Shown: piece after piece, positions 39,801-51,461 of the stretch
How the letters are laid out: the number at the start of each line of letters is the position of its first letter
How positions within the stretch are numbered: position 1 is the stretch's first letter
The notes under the pieces: generated by a model
The model's database searches: none
The model's input: the letters and a program-made list of their open reading frames with translations, nothing else
What the model was told of the DNA's origin: nothing
NCBI GenBank assembly: GCA_964016885.1
Contig: OZ024742.1
Location: 167,710,001-167,774,000 of the forward strand
DNA: 64,000 bases
Direction of reading: 5' to 3'
Source: Eledone cirrhosa
Lineage: Eukaryota
Position numbers and translations under genes: made by a program

Positions 39801-42800
39801 AATTCCAGCCTCCAAGGGGAGATAATTTCCAGCCAGCCAAGGGGAGATAATTTGTAAAAAAATCAGGGGGAGATAATTTGTAAAAAAAATCAGGGGGAGA
39901 TAATTTGTAAAAAAAAATCAGGGGGAGATAATTTGTAAAAAAAAATCAGGGGGAGATAATTTCCAGCCGTCCAAGGGGAGATAATTATCAGCCGTCCAAG
40001 GGTAGATAATATCCAGCCGTCCAAGTAGACATTTTCCAGCCGTCCAAGGAGAGGTAATTTCTAGCCGTCCAAGGGGAGATAAATTCCAGCCTCCAAGGGG
40101 AGATAATTTCCAGCCAGCCAAGAAGAGATAATTTGTAAAAAAAAATCAGGGGGAGATAATTTGTAAAAAAAAATCAGGGGGAGATAATTTGTAAAAAAAA
40201 ATCAGGGGGAGATAATTTGTAAAAAAAATCAAGGGGAGATAATTTCCAGCCGTCCAAGGGGAGATAATTTTCAGCCGTCCAAGGGGAGATAATTTCCAGC
40301 CGTCCAAGGGGAGATAATTTCCATCCTTCCAAGGGGAGATAATTTCCAGCCTTCCAAGGGGAGATAATTTTCAGCCGTCCAAGGGGAGATGATTTCCCGC
40401 CAGCCAAGGGAAGATAATATTTTAAAAAATCAGGCGGAGACAATTTGTAAAAAAAATCAGGGGGAGATAATTTGTAAAAAAATCAGGGGGAGATAATTTG
40501 TAAAAAAAAAATCAGGGGGAGATAATTTGTAAAAAAAATCAGGGGGAGATAATTTGTAAAAAAAAATCAGGGGTAGATAATTTGTAAAAAAAAATCAGGG
40601 GGAGATAATTTGTAAAAAAAAATCAGGGGGAGATAATTTGTAAAAAAAATCAAGGGGAGATAATTTCCAGCCGTCCAAGGAGAGATAATTTTTAAAAAAA
40701 ATCAGGCGGAGATAATTTGTAAAAAAAATCAAGGGGAGATAATTTGTAAAAAAAAATCAGGGGGAGATAATTTGTAAAAAAAATCAAGGGGAGATAATTT
40801 CCAGCCGTCCAAGGGAAGATAATTTCCAGCACTCCAAGGGGCTATAATTTCCAGTGTCCAAGGGGAGATAATTTCCAGCCAGCGAAGGGGAGATAATTTT
40901 TTTTAAAAAATCAGGGGGAGATATGTAAAAAAAATCAGAGGGAGATAATTTCTAAAAAAAATCAAAGGGAGATAATTTCCAGCCGTCCAAAGAGAGATAA
41001 TTTCTAGCCGTCCAAGGGGAGATAATTTCCAGCTAAGGGAAGATAATTTCCAGCCGTCCAAGGGGAGATAATTATTTAAAAAATCAGGTGGAGATAATTT
41101 GTAAAAAAAATCAGGGGGAGATAATTTGTAAAAACAAAATCAAGGGCAGATAATTTCCAGCTGTCCAAGGGGAGATAATTTCCAGCCGTGCAAGGGGAGA
41201 TAATTTCCAGCCGTCCAAGGGGAGATAATTTCCATCCTTCCAAGGGGAGATAATCTCCAGCCGTCCAAGGGGAGATAATTTCCCGCCAGCCAAGGGAAGA
41301 TAATTTTTAAAAAAATCAGGCGGAGATTGTAAAAAAAATCAGGGGGAGATAATTTGTAAAAAAATCAGGGGGAGATAATTTGTAAAAAAAAAATCAGGGG
41401 AGATAATTTGTAAAAAAAAATCAGGGGGAGATAATTTGTAAAAAAAAAATCAGGGGGAGATAATTTGTAAAAAAAAATCAGGGGGAGATAATTTGTAAAA
41501 AAAAATCAAGGGGAGATAATTTGTAAAAAAAATCAGGGGGAGATAATTAGTAAAAAAATCAAGGGGAGATAATTTCCAGCCGTCCAAGGGGAGGTAATAT
41601 CTAGCCGTCCAAGGGGAGATAATTTCCAGCCGTCCAAGGGGAGATAATTTCCAGCCGTCCAAGGGCAGATAATATCCAGCCGTCCAAGTAGACATATTTT
41701 CCAGCCGTCCAAGGAGAGGTAATTTCTAGCCGTCCAAGGGGAGATAAATTCCAGCCTCCAAGGGGAGATAATTTCCAGCCAGCTAAGGGGAGATAATTTG
41801 TAAAAAAATCAGGGGGAGATAATTTGTAAAAAAAATCAGGGGGAGATGATTTGTAAAAAAAAATCAGGGGGAGATAATTTGTAAAAAAAATCAGGGGGAG
41901 ATAATTTGTAAAAAAAAATCAGGGGGTGATAATTTGTAAAAAAAAATCAGGGGGAGATAATTTGTAAAAAAAAATCAGGGGGAGATAATTTGTAAAAAAA
42001 ATCAAGGGGAGATAATTTCCAGCCGTCCAAGGGGAGATAATTTCCAGCCGTCCAAGGGGAGGTAATATCTAGCCGTCCAAGGGGAGATAATTTCCAGCCG
42101 TCCAAGAGGAGATAATTTCCAGCCGTCCAAGGGAAGATAATTTCAAGCCCTCCAAGGGGCTATAATTTCCAGTGTCCAAGGGGAGATAATTTCCAGCCAG
42201 CGAAGGGGAGATAATTTTTTTTTAAAAATCAGGGGGAGATTTGTAAAAAAAATCAGGGGGAGATAATTTGTAAAAAAAATCAAGGGGAGATAATTTCCAG
42301 CCGTCGAAGGGAAGATAATTTCCAGCCCTCCAAGGGGCTATAATTTCCAGCGTCCAAGGGGAGATAATTTCCAGCCAGCGAAGGGGAGATAATTTTTTTA
42401 AAAAAATCATTGGGAGATTTGTAAAAAAAATCAGGGAGAGATAATTTGTAAAAAAAATCAAGGGGAGATAATTTCCAGCCGTCCAAGGGGAGGTAATATC
42501 TAGCCGTCCAAGGGGAGATAATTTCCAGCCGTCCAAGGGGAGATAATTTCCAGCCGTCCAAGGGTAGATAATATCCAGCCGTCGAAGTAGACATTTTCCA
42601 GCCGTCCAAGGAGAGGTAATTTCTAGCCGTCCAAGGGGAGATAAATTCCAGCCTCCAAGGGGAGATAATTTCCAGCCAGCCAAGGGGAGATAATTTGTAA
42701 AAAAATCAGGGGGAGATAATTTGTAAAAAAAATCAGGGGGAGATAATTTGTAAAAAAAATCAGGGGGAGATAATTTGTAAAAAAAAATCAGGGGGAGATA

Positions 42801-43225
42801 ATTTGTAAAAAAAAATCAGGGGGAGATAATTTGTAAAAAAAATCAAGGGGAGATAATTTCCAGCCGTCCAAGGGGAGATAATTTTCAGCCGTCCAAGGGG
42901 AGATAATTTCCAGCCGTCCAAGGGGAGATAATTTCCAGCCGTCCAAGGGGAGATAATTTCCAGCCGTCCAAGGGGAGATAGTTTTTTTAAAAAAATCAGG
43001 CGGAGATAATTTGTAAAAAAAAAATCAGGGGGAGATAATTTGTAAAAAAAAATCAGGGGGAGATAATTTGTAAAAAAAAATCAAGGGGAGATAATTTGTA
43101 AAAAAAATCAGGGGGAGATAATTAGTAAAAAAATCAAGGGGAGATAATTTCCAGCCGTCCAAGGGGAGGTAATATCTAGCCGTCCAAGGGGAGATAATTT
43201 CCAGCCGTCCAAGGGGAGATAATTT
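30897..43225 (+). repeat. 6,145/6,146-bp near-identical tandem duplication
   Basis: ORF pairs 31969/38114, 32767/38912 and 34029/40174 are at offset 6,145; 34965/41111 and 36076/42222 are at 6,146. Private variants are shared (CCGCCAACC, ATGAGGCGG, GTCAAAGTAG). Confidence 0.93.
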
Positions 43226-46200
43226 CCAGCCGTCCAAGGGTAGATAATATCCAGCCGTCCAAGTAGACATATTTTCCAGCCGTCCAAGGAGAGGTAATTT
43301 CTAGCCGTCCAAGGGGAGATAAATTCCAGCCTCCAAGGGGAGATAATTTCCAGCCAGCCAAGGGGAGATAATTTGTAAAAAAATCAGGGGGAGATAATTT
43401 GTAAAAAAAATCAGGGGGAGATAATTTGTAAAAAAAATCAGGGGGAGATAATTTGTAAAAAAAAATCAGGGGGAGATAATTTGTAAAAAAAAATCAGGGG
43501 GAGATAATTTGTAAAAAAAAATCAGGGGGAGATAATTTGTAAAAAAAATCAAGGGGAGATAATTTCCAGCCGTCCAAGGGGAGATAATTTCCAGCCGTCC
43601 AAGGGGAGGTAATATCTAGCCGTCCAAGGGGAGATAATTTCCAGCCGTCCAAGAGGAGATAATTTCCAGCCGTCCAAGGGAAGATAATTTCAAGCCCTCC
43701 AAGGGGCTATAATTTCCAGTGTCCAAGGGGAGATAATTTCCAGCCAGCGAAGGGGAGATAATTTTTTTTTAAAAATCAGGGGGAGATTTGTAAAAAAAAT
43801 CAGGGGGAGATAATTTGTAAAAAAAATCAAGGGGAGATAATTTCCAGCCGTCGAAGGGGAGATAATTTCCAGCCAGCGAAGGGGAGATAATTTTTTTTTA
43901 AAAATCAGGGGGAGATTTGTAAAAAAAATCAGGGGGAGATAATTTGTAAAAAAAAATCAGGGGGAGATAATTTGTAAAAAAAATCAATTGGAGATAATTT
44001 CCAGCCGTCCAAGTAGAGATAATTTAAAAAAAAAATCAGGCGGAGATAATTTGTAAAAAAAAATCAGGGGGAGATAATTTGTAAAAAAAAATCAGGGGTA
44101 GATAATTTGTAAAAAAAAATCAGGGGGATGATAATTTGTAAAAAAATCAGGGGGAGATAATTTGTAAAAAAAATCAAGGGGAGATAATTTCCAGCCGTCC
44201 AAGGAGAGATAATTTTAAAAAAAAATCAGGCGGAGATAATTTGTAAAAAAAAATCAGGGGGAGATAATTTGTAAAAAAAAATCAGGGGGAGATAATTTGT
44301 AAAAAAAATCAAGGGGAGATAATTTCCAGCCGTCGAAGGGAAGATAATTTCCAGCCCTCCAAGGGGCTATAATTTCCAGCGTCCAAGGGGAGATAATTTC
44401 CAGCCAGCGAAGGGGAGATAATTTTTTTTAAAAAATCATTGGGAGATTTGTAAAAAAAATCAGGGGGAGATAATTTGTAAAAAAAATCAAGGGGAGATAA
44501 TTTCCAGCCGTCCAAGGGGAGGTAATATCTAGCCGTCCAAGGGGAGATAATTTCCAGCCGTCCAAGGGGAGATAATTTCCAGCCGTCCAAGGGTAGATAA
44601 TATCCAGCCGTCCAAGTAGACATTTTCCAGCCGTCCAAGGAGAGGTAATTTCTAGCCGTCCAAGGGGAGATAAATTCCAGCCTCCAAGGGGAGATAATTT
44701 CCCGCCAGCCAAGGGAAGATAATTTTAAAAAAAATCAGGCGGAGATTGTAAAAAAAATCAGGGGGAGATAATTTGTAAAAAAATCAGGGGGAGATAATTT
44801 GTAAAAAAAAAATCAGGGGGAGATAATTTGTAAAAAAAAATCAGGGGGAGATAATTTGTAAAAAAATCAAGGGGAGATAATATGCAGCTGTCCAAGGGGA
44901 GATAATTTTCAGCCGTCCAAGGGGAGATAATTTCCCGCCAGCCAAGGGAAGATAATATTTAAAAAAATCAGGGGGAGATAATTTGTAAAAAAAAATCAGG
45001 GGGAGATAATTTGTAAAAAAAATCAGGGGGAGATAATTTGTAAAAAAAATCAAGGGGAGATAATTTCCAGCCGTCCAAGGGAAGATAATTTCCAGCCCTC
45101 CAAGGGGCTATAATTTCCAACGTCCAAGGGGAGATAATTTCCAGCCAGCGAAGGGGAGATAATTTTTTTAAAAAAATCACTGGGAGATTTGTAAAAAAAA
45201 TCAGGGGGAGATAATTTGTAAAAAAAATCAAGGGGAGATAATTTCCAGCCGTCCAAAGAGAGATAATTTCTAGCCGTCCAAGGGGAGATAATTCCCAGCC
45301 GTCCAAGGGGAGATAATTTTTAAAAAATCAGGTGGAGATAATTTGTAAAAAAAATCAGTGGAAGATAATTTGTAAAAACAAAATCAAGGGCAGATAATTT
45401 CCAGCCGTCCAAGGGGAGATAATTTCCCGCCAGCCAAGGTAGGATAATATTTAAAAAAATCAGGCGGAGATAATTTGTAAAAAAAATCAGGGGGAGATAA
45501 TTTGTAAAAAAATCAGGGGGAGATAATTTGTAAAAGAAAAATCAGGGTCAGATAATTTGTAAAAAAAATCAGGGGGAGATAATTTGTAAAAAAAAATCAG
45601 GGGTAGATAATTTGTAAAAAAAAATCAGGGGGAGATAATTTGTAAAAAAAATCAAGAGGAGATAATTTCCAGCCGTCCAAGGAGAGATAATTTAAAAAAA
45701 AAATCAGGCGGAGATAATTTGTAAAAAAATCAAGGGGAGATAATTTCCAGCCGTCCAAGGGAAGATAATTTCCAGCCCTCCAAGGGGCTATAATTTCCAG
45801 TGTCCAAGGGGAGATAATTTCCAGCCAGCGAAGGGGAGATAATTTTTTTAAAAAAATCAGGGGGAGATTTGTAAAAAAAATCAGAGGGAGATAATTTGTA
45901 AAAAAAATCAAAGGGAGATAATTTCCAGCCGTCCAAAGAGAGATAATTTCTAGCCGTCCAAGGGGAGATAATTTCCAGCCAAGGGGAGATAATTTCCAGC
46001 CGTGCAAGGGGAGATAATTTCCAGCCGTCGAAGGGGAGATAATTTCCATCCTTCCAAGGGGAGATAATTTCCAGCTGTCCAAGGGGAGATAATTTCCCGC
46101 CAGCCAAGGGAAGATAATTTTTTAAAAAATCAGGCGGAGATTGTAAAAAAATTCAGGGGGAGATAATTTGTAAAAAAATCAGGGGCAGAGAATTTGTAAA

Positions 46201-49200
46201 AAAAAAATCAGGGGGAGATAATTTGTAAAAAAAAATCAGGGGGAGATAATTTGTAAAAAAAAATCAGGGGGAGATAATTTGTAAAAAAGATTAAGGGGAG
46301 ATAATTTGCAGCCGTCCAAGGGGAGATAATTTTCAGCCGTCCAAGGAGAGGTAATTTCTAGCCGTCCAAGGGGAGATAATTTCCAGCCGTCCAAGGGGAG
46401 ATAATTTCCAGTCGTCCAAGGGAAGATAATTTTTTTAAAAAAATCAGGCGGAGATAATTTGTAAAAAAAAATCAGGGGGAGATAATTTGTAAAAATTCAA
46501 GGGGAGATAATTTCCAGCCGTCCAAGGGAAGATAATTTCCAGCCCTCCAAGGGGCTATAATTTCCAGCGTCCAAGGGGAGATAATTTCCAGCCAGCGAGG
46601 GGGAGATAATTTTTTTTAAAAAAATCAGGGGGAGATAATTTGTAAAAAAAATCAGGGGGAGATAATTTGTAAATAAAATCAAGGGGAGATAATTTCCAGC
46701 CGTCCAAAGAGAGATAATTTCTAGCCGTCCAAGGGGAGATAATTTCCAGCCAAGGGGAGATAATTTCCAGCCGTCCAAGGGGAGATAATTTTTTAAAAAA
46801 TCAGGTGGAGATAATTTGTAAAAATAATCAGGGGAAGATAATTTGTAAAAACAAAATCAAGGGCAGATAATTTCCAGCCGTCCAAGGGGAGATAATTTCC
46901 AGCAGTGCAAGGGGAGATAATTTCCAGCCGTCCAAGGGGAGATAATTTCCATCCTTCCAAGGGGAGATAATTTCCAGCCGTCCAAGGGGAGATAATTTCC
47001 CGCCAGCCAAGGAGAGATAATATTTAAAAAAATCAGGCGGAGATAATTTGTAAAAAAAATCAGGGGGAGATAATTTGTAAAAAAATCAGGGGGAGATAAT
47101 TTGTAAAAAAAATCAGGGGGAGATAATTTGTAAAAAGAAAATCAGGGGTAGATAATTTGTAAAAAAAAATCAGGGGGAGATAATTTGTAAAAAAAAAATC
47201 AGGGGGAGATAATTTGTAAAAAAATCAAGGGGAGATAATTTGCAGCCGTCCAAGGGGAGATAATTTTCAGCCGTCCAAGGAGAGGTAATTTCTAGCCGTC
47301 CAAGGGGAGATAATTTCCAGCCGTCCAAGGGGAGATAATTTCCAGCCGTCCAAGGGGAGATAATTTTTAAAAAGAAATCAGGCGGAGATAATTTGTAAAC
47401 AAAAATCAGGGGGAGATAATTTGTAAAAAAAAATCAGGGGGAGATAATTTGTAAAAAAAATCAGGGGGAAATAATTTGTAAAAAAAATCAAGCGGAGATA
47501 ATTTCCAGCCGTCCAAGGGGAGGTAATATCTAGCCATCCAAGGGGAGATAATTTCCAGCCGTCCAAGGGGAGATAATTTCCAGCCGTCCAAGGGGAGATA
47601 ATTTCCAGCCGTCCAAGGAGACATATTTTCCAGCCGTCCAAGGAGAGGTAATATCTAGCCGTACAAGGGGAGATAAATTCCAGCATCCAAGGGGAGATAA
47701 TTTCCAGCCAGCCAAGGGGAGATAATTTGTAAAAAAATCAGGGGGAGATAATTTGTAAAAAAAATCAGGGGGAGATAATTTGTAAAAAAAATCAGAGGGA
47801 GATAATTTGTAAAAAAAAATCAGGGGGAGATAATTTGTAAAAAAAATCAAGGGGAGATAATTTCCAGCCGTCCAAGGGGAGATAATTTGCAGCCGTCCAA
47901 GGGGAGATAATTTCCAGCCGTCCAAGGGGAGATAAGTTGTAAAAAAAAATCAGGCGGAGATAATTTGTAAAAAAATCAAGGGGAGATAATTTGTAAAAAA
48001 AAATCAGGGGGAGATAATTTGTAAAAAAAATCAAGGGGAGATAATTTCCAGCCGTCCAAGGGAAGATAATTTCCAGCACTCCAACGGGCTATAATTTGCA
48101 GTGTCCAAGGGGAGATAATTTCCAGCCAGCGAAGGGGAGATAATTTTTTTAAAAAAATCAGGGGGAGATAGTTTGTAAAAACAGAATCAAGGGCAGATAA
48201 TTTCCAGCTGTCCAAGGGGAGATAATTTCCAGCCGTGCAAGGGGAGATAATTTCCAGCCGTCCAAGGGGAGATAATTTCCATCCTTCCAAGGGGAGATAA
48301 TTTCCAGCCGTCCAAGGGGAGATAATTTCCCGCCAGCCAAGGAAAGATAATTTTTTAAAAAATCAGGCGGAGATTGTAAAAAAAATCAGGGGGAGATAAT
48401 TTGTAAAAAAATCAGGAGGAGATAATTTGTAAAAAAATCAAGGGGAGATAATTTCCAGCTGTCCAAGGGGAGGTAATATCTAGCCGTCCAAGGGGAGATA
48501 ATTTTCAGCCGTCCAAGGGGAGATAATTTCCAGCCGTCCAAGGGTAGATAATATCCAGCCGTCCAAGGAGACATATTTTCCAGCCGTCCAAGGAGAGGTA
48601 ATTTCTAGCCGTCCAAGTGGAGATAAATTATAGCCTCCAAGGGGAGATAATTTCCAGCCAGCCAAGGGGAGATAATTTGTAAAAAAATCAGGGGGAGATA
48701 ATTTGTAAAAAAAATCAGGGGGAGATAATTTGTAAAAAAAAATCAGGGGGAGATAATTTGTAAAAAAAATCAGGGGGAGATAATTTGTAAAAAAATCAAG
48801 GGGAGATAATTTCCAGCCGTCCAAGGAGAGATAATTTTAAAAAAAAATCAGGCGGAGATAATTTGTAAAAAAAAATCAGGGGGAGATAATTTGTAAAAAT
48901 AAATCAGGGGGAGATAATTTATAAAAAAAATCAAGGGGAGATAATTTCCAGCCGTCCAAGGGGAGATAATTTTCAGCCGTCCAAGGGGAGATAATTTCCA
49001 GCCGTCCAAGGGGAGATAATTTTAAAAAAAAATCAGGCGGAGATAATTTGTAAAAAAAATCAAGGGTAGATAATTTGCAACCGTCCAAGGGGACATAATT
49101 TTCAGTCGTCCAAGGAGAGGTAATTTCTAGCCGTACAAGGGGAGATAATTTCCAGCCGTCCAAGGGGAGATAATTTCCAGCCGTCCAAGGGGAGATAATT

Positions 49201-51461
49201 TTTTTTTAAAAATCAGGCGGAGATAATTTGTAAAAAAAAAATCAGGGGGAGATAATTTGTAAAAAAAAATCAGGGGGAGATAATTTGTAAAAAAAAATCA
49301 GGGGGAGATAATTTGTAAAAAAAATCAAGGGGAGATAATTTCCAGCCGTCCAAGGGAAGATAATTTCCAGCCCTCCAAGGGGCTATAATTTCCAGCGTCC
49401 AAGGGGAGATAATTTCCAGCCAGCGAAGGGGAGATAATTGTTTTAAAAAAATCATTGGGAGATTTGTAAAAAAAATCAGGGGGAGATAATTAATAAAAAA
49501 AATCAAGGGGAGATAATTCCCAGCCGTCCAAGGGGAGGTAATATCTAGCCGTCCAAGGGGAGATAATTTCCAGCCGTCCAAGGGGAGATAATTTCCAGCC
49601 GTCCAAGGGTAGATAATATCCAGCCGTCCAAGGGTAGATAATATCCAGCCGTCCAAGGAGACATATTTTCCAGCCGTCCAAGGAGAGGTAATTTCTAGCC
49701 GTCCAAGGGGAGATAAATTCCAGCCTCCAAGGGGAGATAATTTCCAGCCAGCCAAGGGGAGATAATTTGTAAAAAAATCAGGGGGAGATAATTTGTAAAA
49801 TAAATCAGGGGTAGATAATTTGTAAAAAAAAATCAGGGGGAGATAATTTGTAAAAAAAAATCAGGGGGAGATAATTTGTAAAAAAAATCAAGGGGAGATA
49901 ATTTCCAGCCGTCCAAGGAGAGATAATTTTAAAAAAAAATCAGGCGGAGATAATTTGTAAAAAAAAATCAGGGGGAGATAATTTGTAAAAAAAAATCAGG
50001 GGGAGATAATTTGTAAAAAAAATCAAGGGGAGATAATTTCCAGCCGTCCAAGGGGAGATAATTTCCAGCCGTCCAAGGGGAAATAATTTTTTTAAAAAAA
50101 TCAGGCGGAGATAATTTGTAAAAAAAATCAGGGGGAGATAATTTGTAAAAAAAAATCAGGGGGAGATAATTTGTAAAAAAAAATCAGGGAGAGATAATTT
50201 CCAGCCGTCCAAGGTAAGATAATTTCCAGCCCTCCAAGGGGCTATAATTTCCAGCATCCAAGGGGAGATAATTTCCAGCCGTCCAAGGGTAGATAATATC
50301 CAGCCGTCCAAGTAGACATATTTTCCAGCCGTCCAAGGAGAGGTAATTTCTAGCCGTCCAAGGGGAGATAAATTACAGCCTCCAAGGGGAGATAATTTCC
50401 AGCCGTCCAAGGGGAGATAATTTAAAAAAAAAAACAGGCGAAGATAATTTGTAAAAAAAAAATCAGGGGGAGATAATTTGTAAAAAAAAATCAGGGGGAG
50501 ATAATTTGTAAAAAAAAATCAGGGGGAGGTAATTTGTGAAAAAAAATCAAGGGGAGATAATTTCCAGCCGTCCAAGGGAAGATAATTTCCAGCCCTCCAA
50601 GGGGCTATAATTTCCAGCGTCCAAGGGGAGATAATTTCCAGCCAGCGAAGGGGAGATAATTTTTTTTTTTTAAATCAGGGGGACATAATTTGTAAAAAAA
50701 ATCAGGGGGAGATAATTTGTAAAAAAAATCAGGGGGAGATAATTTGTAAAAAAAATCAAGGGGAGATAATTTGTAAAAAAAAATCAAGGGGAGATAATTT
50801 CCAGCCGTCCAAGGAGAGATAATTTTCAGCCGTCCAAGGGGAGATAATTTCCCGCCAGCCAAGGAAAGATAATATTTAAAAAAATCAGGCGGAGATAATT
50901 TGTAAAAAAAATCAGGGGGAGATAATTTGTAAAAAAATCAGGGGGAGATAATTTGTAAAAAAAAAATCAGGGGGAGATAATTTGTAAAAAAAATCAGGGG
51001 GAGATAATTTGTAAAAAAAAATCAGGGGGAGATAATTTGTAAAAAAAAATCAGGGGGAGATAATTTGTAAAAAAAATCAATTGGAGATAATTTCCAGCCG
51101 TCCAAGGGGAGATAATTTTCAGCCGTCCAAGGAGAGGTAATTTCTAGACGTCCAAGGGGAGACAATTTCCAGCCGTCCAAGGGGAGATAATTTCCAGCCG
51201 TCCAAGGGTAGATAATATCCAGCCGTCCAAGGAGACATATTTTCCAGCTTTCCAAGGAGAGGTAATTTCTAGCCGTCCAAGGGGAGATAAATTCCAGCCT
51301 CCAAGGGGAGATAATTTCCAGCCAGCCAAGGGGAGATAATTTGTAAAAAAATCAGGGGGAGATAATTTGTAAAAAAAAATCAGGGGCAGATAATTTGTAA
51401 AAAAAATCAGGGGGAGATAATTTGTAAAAAAAATCAGGGGGAGATAATTTGTAAAAAAAAT
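40330..51461 (+). repeat. ~11-kb higher-order repeat, copy 1 (11,132 bp; overlaps the end of the 6.1-kb duplication)
   Basis: The marker series CAGCCTTCC...GATGATTTCCC...GCGGAGACAATT starts at 40351, 51483 and 61905. Confidence 0.85.
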
